From contig CAVXTP010000010.1 of NCBI GenBank assembly GCA_963764715.1, forward strand, positions 32,001 through 96,000: 64,000 nt of DNA, read 5' to 3'. The position numbers were made by a program, and so were the translations under genes. The DNA is from an uncultured Acidobacteriota bacterium. GTDB taxonomy: Bacteria; Acidobacteriota; Thermoanaerobaculia; UBA5066; Gp7-AA6. How positions within the stretch are numbered: position 1 is the stretch's first letter; every line of letters starts with the position of its first letter. Of the stretch, positions 28,779-38,930 are shown one piece after another. The notes under the pieces were generated by a model. The model was not told the DNA's origin. It made no database searches and saw nothing but the letters and a program-made list of their open reading frames with translations.

Positions 28779-30025
28779 TTCACCCTCCTCACTCTGGCGC
28801 CCAGGCCCACGAGCTTCTCCTCCATCTTCGCGTAGCCCCGGTCGAGGTGGTAGACGCGGTCGATCGTGGTCTCGCCTTCGGCCGTCAGCGCGGCGATCGC
28901 GAGGGCCGCCGAGGCCCGCAGGTCGCTCGCCATCACGGTGGCGCCGGTCAGCCGGGAGGGTCCCTCGACGACCGCCCAGCGGCCCTCGAGGCGGATCCGG
29001 GCGCCCATTCGGACGAGCTCGGCGACGTGCTGGAAGCGGTTCTCGAAGATCGTCTCGGTGATCGTGGCGACGCCGTCCATCGACGTCGCCAGGGCCATCC
29101 ACTGCGCCTGGAGGTCGGTCGGGAAGCCCGGGTAGGGCGCCGTGGCGACGTCGTGGGACACGAGCCGGCCCTCCGCGCGCACCCGCACCGTGTCGCCGAT
29201 GGTGTCGAGGCGCGCGCCGGTCACGGCGAGCCGGGCGGTCAGCGCCGAGAGGTGCTCGGGCGCGCAGCCTCGGACCGCGACGTCCCCGCGCGTGGCGGCC
29301 GCGGCGATAACGTAGGTCCCGGCCTCGATGCGGTCCGGGATGATCGGGTGCTCGACGCCGTGGAGGCTCTCCACACCCTCGACGACGATGGTCTCGCCGC
29401 CCGCCCCGGTGATGCGCGCGCCCATCGCGTTGAGCATGACGGCGAGGTTCGTGACCTCCGGCTCGCGCGCCGCGTTGACGAGCCGCGTCGTCCCGCGCGC
29501 CAGCACGGCCGCGAGCATGACGTTCTCGGTTCCGGTGACGGTGACCGTGTCGAACACGATGTCGGTCCCCGTCAGCCGCCCGGCCCGGGCCTCGACGTAG
29601 CCATGCTCGAGGCTGACCTCGGCGCCGAGCTTCTCGAAGGCCTTGAGATGCTGGTCGATCGGACGCACGCCGATCGCGCAGCCGCCCGGCAGCGATACCC
29701 GGACGGCGCCGGACCGGGCGAGAAGCGGGCCGAGCACGAGCACGGAGGCGCGCATCGTCTTGACGAGGTCGTAGGGCGCGTCGGCCGAGCCGATGGACGG
29801 CACCTCGATCGCCACGCCGCCGGGCTGCGCCTCGATCTTCGCTCCCGTGTGCTGGAGCAGCCGCCGCATCGTCCGGATGTCCGCGACGTCGGGCAGGTTC
29901 GTCAGGCGCACGGGCTCGGACGTCAGGAGGGCCGCGGCCAGGCACGGCAGGGCCGCGTTCTTGGCCCCGGAGATCTCGACCTCGCCCGCGAGGCGCACGG
30001 GCCCCTCGATTACGAACTTGTCCAC
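28775..30025 (-). CDS. murA: UDP-N-acetylglucosamine 1-carboxyvinyltransferase
   Basis: SGAKNAALP; LPGGCAIGVRPIDQH; PGFPTDLQAQ. Confidence 0.98.
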   Translation of the reverse strand: MDKFVIEGPVRLAGEVEISGAKNAALPCLAAALLTSEPVRLTNLPDVADIRTMRRLLQHTGAKIEAQPGGVAIEVPSIGSADAPYDLVKTMRASVLVLGPLLARSGAVRVSLPGGCAIGVRPIDQHLKAFEKLGAEVSLEHGYVEARAGRLTGTDIVFDTVTVTGTENVMLAAVLARGTTRLVNAAREPEVTNLAVMLNAMGARITGAGGETIVVEGVESLHGVEHPIIPDRIEAGTYVIAAAATRGDVAVRGCAPEHLSALTARLAVTGARLDTIGDTVRVRAEGRLVSHDVATAPYPGFPTDLQAQWMALATSMDGVATITETIFENRFQHVAELVRMGARIRLEGRWAVVEGPSRLTGATVMASDLRASAALAIAALTAEGETTIDRVYHLDRGYAKMEEKLVGLGARVRRVK

Positions 30026-30897
30026 GGCTTGCGGATTCTACTGACCCTTTCGGAGGCCGACTCCAGCCGCGCGATGCAGATGCGCGGAATCCCCTCGAGG
30101 TCGGGCTCGATCCGCACGAACCTCCAGACGGGCCGGGCCAGGATTTCCGAGCGGACGGCCTCCGCCTGGCCGAAGCCGATCTCGAAGACGATGACGCCCC
30201 CGGGCTCGAGGTATCCCCCCGCCGTGGCGAGGAGCTGGCGGATGGCGGTCATGCCGTCGTCCCCGGCGAAGAGGGCCCGGCGGGGATCGTGGTCGCGGAC
30301 GGTGGGCGGCAGGTTGGGCGATTCGCCGAGCGCGAGGTACGGCGGATTGGAGAGGATCAGGTCGAAGCGGGCGCCCCCGAGGGCGGAGAGCCAGTCGGAG
30401 GCGAGGAGCGACAGGCGCGGCAGGACGCCGTGCCGGGCGGCGTTCTGGCGGGCCAGCGCGAGGGCGTCGAGCGAGATGTCGAGCGCGACCGCATTCGCCT
30501 CGGGCCGCTCCAGGAGGTACGTGATGGCGATGATGCCGCTCCCGGTGCCGGCGTCGAGGACGCGGCGCGCTCCGCCGGCCTCGCGCAGGGCCTGCTCGAC
30601 CAGGATCTCGGTCTCCGGCCGCGGCACGAGGGCCCGGCCGTCCACCCGGAACGGCCGGCCGTAGAAGTCCCACTCGCCGATGAGGTGCTGGACCGGAACG
30701 CCCGTGAGCCGCCGCTCCCAGAGGGCGAAGAAGCGGTCCTGGACCTGGGGATCGACCTCGAGCCGCGGGTCGAGCGCGAGGGGCGGCGCGCCGCCCAGGG
30801 CGTGGCCGAGCAGCAGCCGCGCGTCCCAGGCGGTGGCGTCGGAGCTCGTCGCCGCGGCGCGGTCGGCGGCGTGCTGGAGGAGCTCGCGGGTGGTCAT
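30010..30897 (-). CDS. prmC: Release factor glutamine methyltransferase
   Basis: LVPRPETE; DAGTGSG; SNPPY. Confidence 0.95.
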   Translation of the reverse strand: MTTRELLQHAADRAAATSSDATAWDARLLLGHALGGAPPLALDPRLEVDPQVQDRFFALWERRLTGVPVQHLIGEWDFYGRPFRVDGRALVPRPETEILVEQALREAGGARRVLDAGTGSGIIAITYLLERPEANAVALDISLDALALARQNAARHGVLPRLSLLASDWLSALGGARFDLILSNPPYLALGESPNLPPTVRDHDPRRALFAGDDGMTAIRQLLATAGGYLEPGGVIVFEIGFGQAEAVRSEILARPVWRFVRIEPDLEGIPRICIARLESASERVSRIRKPWTSS

Positions 30898-30902
30898 GGA
30901 CG

Positions 30903-30965
30903 GGAGGCAGGAGGCAGGAGGCGGGAGGCAGGAGCCGAGCCTGCCGTCTGCCGCCTGCTTCCTCC
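30903..30965. repeat. Heptamer (GGAGGCA)n array with an inverted arm
   Basis: Five heptamers at 30903-30937, then complementary CTGCC..CCTCC arm. Confidence 0.75.
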
Positions 30966-30976
30966 GGCCTGATTCC

Positions 30977-32056
30977 TCACGCCTTCGCCAGCTCGTCCTT
31001 GAGCCGCTCGGCCTGGAGCTGGGCGGAGATGGGCTCGACGAGCTCGTCGAGGTTCCCGTCGAGGACGTCCTGGAGGCGGTGGGTCGTGAACCCGATGCGG
31101 TGGTCGGTGATGCGGGACTGCGGGAAGTTGTACGTCCGGATCTTCTCGGACCGGTCGCCCGAGCCCACCATCTTCTTGCGCTCGGCGGCGATCGCGCCGA
31201 CCTGCTTCTCCTGCTCGGCCTCGAGGAGCCGGGCCTTGAGCACCCGCATGGCCTTGGCCTTGTTCTTGATCTGGCTGCGCTCGTCCTGGCACTGGACGAC
31301 GAGCCCGGTCGGCAGGTGGGTGAGCCGGACGGCCGAGTAGGTCGTGTTGACGCCCTGGCCCCCCGGGCCCGAGGCGCAGAACCGGTCGACGCGGATGTCC
31401 TTCTCCTCGACCTTGACCTCGACGTCCTCGGCCTCGGGAAGGACGGCGACCGTGGCCGCGGACGTGTGGATGCGGCCCGAGCTCTCGGTCGCCGGAACGC
31501 GCTGCACGCGGTGGACGCCGCCCTCGTACTTGAGCCGGGAGTAGGCGCCGTCGCCCTCGATGATCGCCGTGATGGTCTTGATGCCGCCGATGCCGGTGTC
31601 GTCGCGGTCGACGATCTCGACCTTCCAGCGCCGGCGCTCGGCGTACCGCTGGTACATGCGGAAGAGCGCGGCCGCGAAGAGGGCGGCCTCGTCCCCGCCG
31701 GTGCCGGCCCGGATCTCGAGGAAGACGTTGCGCGAGTCGTTCGGGTCCTTGGGCAGGAGGAGGACCTTCAGGGCCTCCTCGGCGGCGGCGAGCCGCTCGG
31801 TCAGCGAGGCCCGCTCGGCCGACGCCATCTGGTAGAGCTCGTCGCCCGGCGGCAGGGACTCGGTCAGCTCGCGCGCGCCGTCGAGCTCCCGCTGGAGCTG
31901 GCGGTGCTCCTCCATCTTCCGGATGATCGGCTCGAGCTCGGTCAGCGTCTTCTGGGCGTCCCGGACCGCGCGGTGGTCCTGCACGAAGGCCGGGTCCGCC
32001 AGGCGGGCCCGCACCTCGTCGTACTTGCGCCGGATGTCTTCGAGTCGTTCGAACAT
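30977..32056 (-). CDS. prfA: Peptide chain release factor 1
   Basis: PAT anticodon motif; GPGGQ; RSEKIRTYNFPQ. Confidence 0.98.
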   Translation of the reverse strand: MFERLEDIRRKYDEVRARLADPAFVQDHRAVRDAQKTLTELEPIIRKMEEHRQLQRELDGARELTESLPPGDELYQMASAERASLTERLAAAEEALKVLLLPKDPNDSRNVFLEIRAGTGGDEAALFAAALFRMYQRYAERRRWKVEIVDRDDTGIGGIKTITAIIEGDGAYSRLKYEGGVHRVQRVPATESSGRIHTSAATVAVLPEAEDVEVKVEEKDIRVDRFCASGPGGQGVNTTYSAVRLTHLPTGLVVQCQDERSQIKNKAKAMRVLKARLLEAEQEKQVGAIAAERKKMVGSGDRSEKIRTYNFPQSRITDHRIGFTTHRLQDVLDGNLDELVEPISAQLQAERLKDELAKA

Positions 32057-32180
32057 GCGCAGCTTTCAGCCGTCAGCCTGCCGCCGACGGCGGGACGGAC
32101 ATCGATCCGGCCGCTACAGGGCGTCGGCGTCGGAAGGAAAGGGCCGGGAGGCGATGGGGTCCATCCCCGCGTGAGGGCAG

Positions 32181-32399
32181 CTAGGCCGAGGCGCCCGAGG
32201 CCTTCTTCTCGTAGCGCTTGCGGAAGCGCTCGACGCGGCCGGCGGAGTCGACCAGCTTCTGCTTGCCGGTGAAGAACGGGTGGCACTGGCTGCAGATCTC
32301 GAGGCGGAGCTCCTTCTTCGTGGAGCGGGTGGTCCAGGTCACGCCGCAGGCGCAGTGGACCAGGACTTCGTGGAGCTCGGGGTGAATGTTCGGCTTCAT
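32181..32399 (-). CDS. rpmE: 50S ribosomal protein L31 (Zn-binding type)
   Basis: [23 protein letters not shown]. Confidence 0.96.
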   Translation of the reverse strand: MKPNIHPELHEVLVHCACGVTWTTRSTKKELRLEICSQCHPFFTGKQKLVDSAGRVERFRKRYEKKASGASA

Positions 32400-32521
32400 G
32401 GGAGGGCGCATTCTACGGATCCGGGCCCCCGGGCGCAAGCCCGGGCCCGCCGGCCGCCGGGACGGCCCGCCGGGGGGCCCCGGCGCCGGGCAGGGTAGAA
32501 TGCCCAACTCTAAGGGAAGAA

Positions 32522-34183
32522 GTGTTTTACCTCTACGTCACCGCCCCCGGCATGGCCGCGCGCAAGCTGTCGCTCGACCGACCCGTCACGACGGTCGGCC
32601 GGTCGTCGATGAACGATCTGCCGATCTCGGACAAGATGCTCTCGCGCCAGCATTCCCGGATCGTGCGCGGCAACGACGGGGCGCTCACGGTCGAGGACCT
32701 CGGCTCGCGCAACGGAACGTTCCTGAACGGCGAGCGCCTGACCACGGTCCAGCCGCTGAAGCCCGGCGACCGGATCACGGTCGGCGGCGTGACGCTCAAG
32801 GTCGAGTCCGAGTCGACGACCCGCGTCCGGATCGAAGGCGGCGGCGAGGATCCTCTCGACAACACCATCCTGAAGGCCTCGGCCGAGCTTCTGCGCGCGC
32901 ACGCCACCGAGACCGATCCGCGGCTGCCGGCCGAGCAGCTCGGCAAGCTGATCGAATCGCTCCGCGTCGTCAACGAGCTCACGGTCGAGCTGCTGCGCGA
33001 CATATCGGTCGACGAGCTTCTGGGCTTTCTCATGGACAAGGTCTTCGAGACGCTCCATCCCGACCGCGGCCTCGTCCTGCTGCGCTCGCGGGCGACGGGC
33101 GAGCTCGCGCCGGCCGTGGTCCGCGTGGCCGAGGGGATCTCGGCCGAGGACATCCGCCTGTCGAAGACCCTGGTCGCCGCGGTCGTCGAGAAGCGCAACG
33201 GCCTGCTGCTCATGGACACGACCACGGGCTCCGGCGTTTCGCTCGCGGACTCGATCCGCCTCTCGGGCATCAAGTCGGTCCTGGCGGCCCCCCTCGAGAA
33301 CGCCGGCGAGGTCGTCGGGCTCATCTACGTCGACTGCCGGGTGGGCCACCGCTCCTTCGAGGAGGCCGACCTGCGCCTGCTGACCTCGCTCGCCAACGTC
33401 GCCGCGGCCAAGATCCAGAACGCGCGGCTCATGGAGGAGAACGCCGAGAAGCGCCAGATGGACCGGGAGTTCGCGCTGGCGCGCGAGATCCAGCAGCGGC
33501 TCCTGCCCGAGGAGCCCCCGCCCCTGCCGGGCTACGAGCTCCTCGGCTCGAACGTCGCGTCGCGGCAGGTCTCGGGCGACTACTTCGACTTCCGGCCGCG
33601 CCCCGACGGCAAGATCTACGCGACGATCGCGGACGTGTGCGGCAAGGGAGTCGGGCCGGCGCTGCTCATGGCCTCGCTCCAGGCCTCGTTTCACGCCTGG
33701 GCGGACGAGGGCGTCCCGGTCGCGGAAATGACGGGTCGGCTCTCCGAGGCGATCTCCCGCCGGACCGGTCCCGACCGCTTCATCACGTTCTTCCTCCTCA
33801 TCCTCGAGCCGTCGACGGGCGAGATCGAGTACACCAACGCGGGGCACAACCCGGGCCTGCTGCTCCACACCGACGGCACGACCGAGGAGCTCGGCTCGCA
33901 CGGCCTGCCGCTGGCGCTCTTTCCCGGAAAGCCCTACGGCTCCTCGAAGCTGACGCTCGCGCCGGGCGACCTCCTCTGCCTCTACACCGACGGCGTGACC
34001 GAGGCCAACAACCCGGCGGGCGACGAGTTCGGGATGCCGAAGCTGAAGGAGTTCATCGGGGCGCAGGTCGGGAAGTCGCCGACCGACGTCGAGGCCGGCC
34101 TCGCCCGCGTCCTCGAGGAGCACGCCCAGGGCGAGCCCTTCGCCGACGACCGGACTTTGGTGATGGTGAGACGGCTGCCGTAA
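32522..34183 (+). CDS. FHA-GAF-SpoIIE (PP2C) phosphatase
   Basis: [14 protein letters not shown] (FHA); GAF; [25 protein letters not shown]. Confidence 0.92.
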   Translation: MFYLYVTAPGMAARKLSLDRPVTTVGRSSMNDLPISDKMLSRQHSRIVRGNDGALTVEDLGSRNGTFLNGERLTTVQPLKPGDRITVGGVTLKVESESTTRVRIEGGGEDPLDNTILKASAELLRAHATETDPRLPAEQLGKLIESLRVVNELTVELLRDISVDELLGFLMDKVFETLHPDRGLVLLRSRATGELAPAVVRVAEGISAEDIRLSKTLVAAVVEKRNGLLLMDTTTGSGVSLADSIRLSGIKSVLAAPLENAGEVVGLIYVDCRVGHRSFEEADLRLLTSLANVAAAKIQNARLMEENAEKRQMDREFALAREIQQRLLPEEPPPLPGYELLGSNVASRQVSGDYFDFRPRPDGKIYATIADVCGKGVGPALLMASLQASFHAWADEGVPVAEMTGRLSEAISRRTGPDRFITFFLLILEPSTGEIEYTNAGHNPGLLLHTDGTTEELGSHGLPLALFPGKPYGSSKLTLAPGDLLCLYTDGVTEANNPAGDEFGMPKLKEFIGAQVGKSPTDVEAGLARVLEEHAQGEPFADDRTLVMVRRLP

Positions 34184-34207
34184 CTAGCCGCACCCCGCCA
34201 GTCGGCT

Positions 34208-34624
34208 CGCGCGCTTCGACGGGGTCAGGTCTTCGGTCGGATTCCGGCAACGGTGTCGCGCATGCCTGGCTGGTTCTTTGGAATCCGACTCGAACACCTG
34301 ACCCCAAGCGTGCCTTAAGGGCCGACCTCAGTAGCCGCAATCGGGGTCAGGTGTTCGAGTTTTCGGAGTTCCGACGCAGGGAATCCCCAGCCGCACGAGA
34401 ACCGGGACTCCGAAAACCGAAGACCTGACCCCCTCGAAGCGCGCCAGCTGCTTGCGGCCTGTTGCTTTCCGCGGAGCGACTCGAAGCCCGCGGTCGAGCT
34501 AACGCGACGCCGCTACTCCCCGAGAACCGGAACTCCGAAAACCGAAGCCTGACCCCCTCGAAGCGCGCCAGCTGCTTGCGGCCTGTTGCTTTCCGCGCAG
34601 CGACTCGCAGCCCGCGGTCGAGCT
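34208..34624. repeat. Cluster of GGGGTCAGGT-arm palindromic elements
   Basis: Hairpins 34221-34305 and 34343-34432; ~105-bp direct repeats 34396-34500 and 34521-34624. Confidence 0.88.
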
Positions 34625-34637
34625 GGAGCGATGCGGC

Positions 34638-36002
34638 CTACTCCCGGATCTCCAGCCTCTTGATGATCTCGTGGAGCGTGGTCGGCTTGATCTTCAGCAG
34701 CTCGGCCGCCCGCTTCTGCACTCCGTTGGTCCGGCGCAGGGCCGTGCGGATGAGGCGCTTCTCGTACTCCTCGACCATCTGCTTGTAGGTCGCGCCGTTC
34801 TCGGGAAGGCGGATCGGGAGCTCTCCGCGGTCCGGCGAGAGGACGGTCTCCGGCAGCAGCGACAGTCCGATCCGTCCGCCCGGCGGGCAGAGCACGACGG
34901 CGCGCTCGATGGCGTTCTCGAGCTCGCGCACGTTGCCCGGCCAGTCGTGGTCGAGCAGGGCCCGGTAGGCTTCGGGATCGAGCCCGCCGATGGGCTTCGA
35001 GTTCTCCGAGGCGTAAAAGCGCACGAAGTGCTCGGCGAGCAGCGGGATGTCCTCCCGCCGCTCGCGCAGCGGCGGGATCGAGATGCTGATGACGCACAGC
35101 CGGTAGTAGAGGTCGTCGCGGAACTTGCCCTCGAGGACCATCTTCTTGAGGTCCACGTTGGTCGCGGCGATGACGCGCGTGTCGACCTTCTGCGTGTCGA
35201 CCGAGCCGACGCGCATGAACTCCTTCTCCTGGAGGACGCGCAGGAGCTTGGCCTGCGTCTCCATGGAGATCGTGCCGATCTCGTCGAAGAAGATCGAGCC
35301 GCCGTCGGCGACCTCGAAGAGGCCCTTCTTGTTGGCGATCGCGCCGGTGAACGCTCCCTTGACGTGCCCGAAGAGGTTCGACTCGAGCAGGTCCGTCGGC
35401 ATCGAGCCCGAGTTCACGGTCACGAACGGCGCGCCCGAGCGCGGCGAGTGCGTGTGGATCGCCCGCGCGACGAGCTCCTTGCCCGTGCCGCTCTCGCCCT
35501 CGACGAGGATCGTCGAGCGCGACGGGCCCGCGAGGCGGACGAGCTCGAAGACCTTGCGCATGCTCTCGGACTTGCCGACGATGCGGCCGAGGCCGTAGCG
35601 CAGGGACAGCTCCTCGCGCAGGCGCCGGTTCTCCTCGGTCAGCCGGCGGGCCTCGGAGCCCTTGCGGAGGGTCAGGAGGACCTCTTCGTTCTGGAACGGC
35701 TTGGGGATGTAGTGGAACGCCCCCTGCCGCATGGCCTCGATCGCGCCCTCGATCGAGGAGTACGCCGTGACGATGACGACGACGGCGTCGGGGTCGCGCT
35801 GGAGGATCTCGCGCAGCACCTCGAGCCCGGGGCGATCCGGCAGCATCAGGTCGAGGAGCACGACGTCGTACGGTTCGGCCTCGAACAGGGCGACCGCCTC
35901 GGAGGCCGTCGCCGCCGCGGTCACCTCGTAGCCTTCCCGGGTGAGGAGCGTTCCGAGGACGTCGCGGATGACCTCCTCGTCATCGACGACGAGGACCCTC
36001 AC
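34638..36002 (-). CDS. NtrC-family sigma54 response regulator
   Basis: VLVVDDE..LLDLMLP receiver; GESGTGKE; GAFTGA; WPGNVRELEN; HTH. Confidence 0.95.
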   Translation of the reverse strand: MRVLVVDDEEVIRDVLGTLLTREGYEVTAAATASEAVALFEAEPYDVVLLDLMLPDRPGLEVLREILQRDPDAVVVIVTAYSSIEGAIEAMRQGAFHYIPKPFQNEEVLLTLRKGSEARRLTEENRRLREELSLRYGLGRIVGKSESMRKVFELVRLAGPSRSTILVEGESGTGKELVARAIHTHSPRSGAPFVTVNSGSMPTDLLESNLFGHVKGAFTGAIANKKGLFEVADGGSIFFDEIGTISMETQAKLLRVLQEKEFMRVGSVDTQKVDTRVIAATNVDLKKMVLEGKFRDDLYYRLCVISISIPPLRERREDIPLLAEHFVRFYASENSKPIGGLDPEAYRALLDHDWPGNVRELENAIERAVVLCPPGGRIGLSLLPETVLSPDRGELPIRLPENGATYKQMVEEYEKRLIRTALRRTNGVQKRAAELLKIKPTTLHEIIKRLEIRE

Positions 36003-38716
36003 GAGGGGGACCCCTCCGGCACGCGCGGCAGGTCCACCCGGGCCTCGGCGCCGCCGCCGTCGCGGGCGCCGAGCGCGATCTCGCCGCCGTGGCGGCGGAC
36101 GATGTCCCGGGAGATCGCGAGCCCGAGACCGGTGCCGCCGGACTTCTTGGTCGTGGTGAAGGGCTGGAAGATCCGGTCGGCCGGGACGGTCACGCCCGGC
36201 CCCCGGTCGGCGACGACCACGCGGATCGTCTCGCCGCGGGACTCCAGCCGGCACGTCACGGTGCCGCCCTCGGGCGACGCGTCGCGCGCGTTGGTCAGGA
36301 GGTTCACGAAGACCTGTTCGAGCTCGCGGGCGTCGCCGATGACGAGCGCGGGCGGGCCCTCGGCGTCGACCTCGAGCTCGAGCGTGCGGCCGGCGAATGC
36401 GGTCTCGACGGACTCGGCCGCGTTGGCGAGCACCAGCCGCAGGTCGGTCTTCTGGGGGGTGCGCTGGCGGGGCCGCGCGAACTCGAGGAGGTTGTTGACG
36501 AGGTGGGCCGCGCGGAAGGTCTGGCGCTCCATCTTCTTCAGGATCGAGTAGCGCGGGTCGCCGGGCGAGGTCTCCGAGAGGAGCATCTGGGCGTAGGAGG
36601 AGAGGCCGGCGATCGGGGTGTTGACCTCGTGGGCCACGCCGGCCGCGAGCACGCCGAGCGAGGCCAGCCGCTCGCGCTCGGCGAGCGCCCGCTCGGCCCG
36701 GATCCGGTCCGTCATGTCCTCGACGACGAGCACGCGGCGGTCGGGGGAGTCGCGGAACGCGGAGACGGAGAGCTGGAGGTCGCGCTCGTCGCCGTCGGCC
36801 GTCCGCAGGCGCGTCTCGAGCCGCCACTCGTCGCCGTTGCCCGGGGGCGTCCCCAGGTCGACGCCCGGCAGGACGCTCGAGAGCGGCAGGCCGCGCAGCT
36901 CGTCCTCGCTCTTCCCGGTCAGGACCGCGAAGGCGGGATTGGCGGTGTGGATCCGTTCGTCCGCGTCGAGGACCACGATGCCGGACGAGGACGAGCGGAT
37001 GACGCTCTCCTGGTACTCCTGGAGCGTGCGGATCTCCTCGAGGCGCGCGGCGAGCGCGCCGTAGAGGCGGGCGTTCTCGTACGCCAGGCTCGCCTGGGCG
37101 AGGACCGCGGCCATCAGCGCCTCGTCCTCGGAGGAGAGCGGGATGCGGCCGTCCTTGTAGCCGACGCCGAGGGCGCCGACGAGGTGGCCGCCGCAGCGCA
37201 TCGCGAAGAAGGCCCGGTAGCCGAGGGCGTGGAGACGCAGGAGCGCCGCCGGGGGCGACGCGCCGAACGCCGTGCCGCGCAGGCGCAGCTCGTCCTCGTC
37301 GCCGAGGGCCTCGGCCAGGGCGCCGGCGTCGGGATCGCGCGCGGGGCCCTCGAAGAGGAAGAGCGAGCAGGGAACGACGCGGAGCGCCTCCTCCACGCGC
37401 TTGACGATCGCCTGGACGACCTCTTCCCGCGGGCGGGGCGTCGCGAAGTCGCGCGCGATGTCGAGCAGCGCCCGGCGCGCGCGGTACGTGTCGTGGTACT
37501 GGATCCGCTCGAGAACGTCGGTGATGCGCTTCTTGACGGGAACGAGCAGCGACGCGAGCACGAGCCCCGACGCGAACGCGATGACGTTCTTGCCGGCCGA
37601 GGCCATGTCGCCGAGCGTGCGGTCGAGAAGCGAGTTCAGCAGCACGAAGGTCATGCCGCCGAGCAGGACCGCCCCCGTCGTTCCGACCGCCTCGCGAACG
37701 AAGATCTCGACGTCCCAGAGACGCCACTTCAGGATGGCGTAGGCGAAGGCGAGGGGAATGAAGACGAGCGGGACGACGGCGACGCTCGAGAGGAGCGGGG
37801 ACTCGAGCCCGAAGGCGCGCGGAAGCACCGACAGGATCAGGAACGGCGCGAGGCCGACGGTGACCCCGAGCCCGATCCAGCGCACCTGCTTGTCCGCTTC
37901 GGCGTCCTCGCGATGGCGGCGGACGAACTGGGCCACGCGCGCGAGGACCGCGGCGCCGTAGACGGCGAGATAGAGGAACCAGAAGCGCGTCGTGGCCTCG
38001 AGCATCGCGGCCGAGAACGGCGTCGGCCGCGCCGCGAGCAGCGCGATCTCCGCCAGAACGTAGGCCAGGGCCGGCAGGTACAGGACCGGGATCACCCGCC
38101 GCTCGCGGATCGGCCGCGGGAAGACGAGGAAGAAGTGGAGGAGCAGCGCCGGCAGGAATGCCCGGTAGACGTCCTCGGCCACCCAGGCCATCTTCCAGAG
38201 CGTGTCGCGCGGGCCCGCCGGCGTCAGGACGTAGACGCCGAAGGAGGCGAGGCAGAGCGCCCAGAACACGACCGCCACGCCCGTGCGCTCGCGGGCGATC
38301 GTGAAGAGCCCGATGACGAGGTACAGGAACCCGACGAACGCGAGAAACATGTACGTGACATCGAAGCGCACCGACGGCTCGGCGAGCGAGACGCCGCGCA
38401 CTTCGCCCGCGGTGATGACGACGAGGCGGTGGGGCAGGGGCTGGCGCGCGAGGGTGCGCTCGGGGTGGGGCAGGGACGCGGCGGTCTGGCCGTCGGCGAG
38501 GATGATCCGGTCGCCCGGCTTCAGGCCGGCGCGGGCGGCCGCGCTCTCCGGCTCGACCGAGCGAAGCAGCAGCGCCTCGCCCTCCCGGTCGTAGGTGAAC
38601 CCCGCGTTGGTGAAGCTGTCCACCTTGCGGGCGAAGGAAATGAAGGCGATGCCGACCGTCACGAGCGTGACGAGGGCCATGGCGGCGAACAGGGATCGTT
38701 TCGCCACGAGATTCAC
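35999..38716 (-). CDS. Sensor histidine kinase: PDZ, multi-TM, GAF-like, PAS, HisKA and HATPase domains
   Basis: SAAARAGLKPGDRI (PDZ); ~8 TM helices; GVAHEVNTP; NLLTNARDA; DRGPG; GTGLGL. Confidence 0.92.
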   Translation of the reverse strand: MNLVAKRSLFAAMALVTLVTVGIAFISFARKVDSFTNAGFTYDREGEALLLRSVEPESAAARAGLKPGDRIILADGQTAASLPHPERTLARQPLPHRLVVITAGEVRGVSLAEPSVRFDVTYMFLAFVGFLYLVIGLFTIARERTGVAVVFWALCLASFGVYVLTPAGPRDTLWKMAWVAEDVYRAFLPALLLHFFLVFPRPIRERRVIPVLYLPALAYVLAEIALLAARPTPFSAAMLEATTRFWFLYLAVYGAAVLARVAQFVRRHREDAEADKQVRWIGLGVTVGLAPFLILSVLPRAFGLESPLLSSVAVVPLVFIPLAFAYAILKWRLWDVEIFVREAVGTTGAVLLGGMTFVLLNSLLDRTLGDMASAGKNVIAFASGLVLASLLVPVKKRITDVLERIQYHDTYRARRALLDIARDFATPRPREEVVQAIVKRVEEALRVVPCSLFLFEGPARDPDAGALAEALGDEDELRLRGTAFGASPPAALLRLHALGYRAFFAMRCGGHLVGALGVGYKDGRIPLSSEDEALMAAVLAQASLAYENARLYGALAARLEEIRTLQEYQESVIRSSSSGIVVLDADERIHTANPAFAVLTGKSEDELRGLPLSSVLPGVDLGTPPGNGDEWRLETRLRTADGDERDLQLSVSAFRDSPDRRVLVVEDMTDRIRAERALAERERLASLGVLAAGVAHEVNTPIAGLSSYAQMLLSETSPGDPRYSILKKMERQTFRAAHLVNNLLEFARPRQRTPQKTDLRLVLANAAESVETAFAGRTLELEVDAEGPPALVIGDARELEQVFVNLLTNARDASPEGGTVTCRLESRGETIRVVVADRGPGVTVPADRIFQPFTTTKKSGGTGLGLAISRDIVRRHGGEIALGARDGGGAEARVDLPRVPEGSPS

Positions 38717-38728
38717 ACCCTGCGATTC

Positions 38729-38744
38729 AGCAATCCGAATGCCA
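38729..38744 (-). promoter_or_regulatory. sigma54 (-24/-12) promoter
   Basis: Minus strand TGGCAT-TCGGA-TTGCT, GG-N10-GC spacing. Confidence 0.8.
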
Positions 38745-38769
38745 CGAAAACGGCTTCCCGGAGGCTCTC

Positions 38770-38782
38770 TAAGTCTTTGATA
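38770..38782 (-). promoter_or_regulatory. IHF binding site
   Basis: TATCAA-AGAC-TTA, exact match to WATCAANNNNTTR. Confidence 0.65.
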
Positions 38783-38845
38783 TCAAAGGCTCCGCTGACG
38801 GCCCAAGGAATCGCCCCTCATCGATAACCAAGAATTTGAATATAG

Positions 38846-38862
38846 TCCAAAAAAACTTTGGA
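38846..38862. promoter_or_regulatory. Candidate upstream activator (enhancer) palindrome
   Basis: TCCAAA-N5-TTTGGA, about 130-145 bp upstream of the predicted TSS. Confidence 0.5.
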
Positions 38863-38930
38863 TGCCGCGTAAGTGGCGTCGGGAAAGACCGTTGAGGGGA
38901 GAGGCCGCGGGCGAGGCGCGGGCCGGGCCG

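Noticed and set aside
34396-34624. Possible CRISPR array or ncRNA gene pair
   Set aside because: The ~105-bp unit is too long, has only two copies, and belongs to a dispersed palindromic element.
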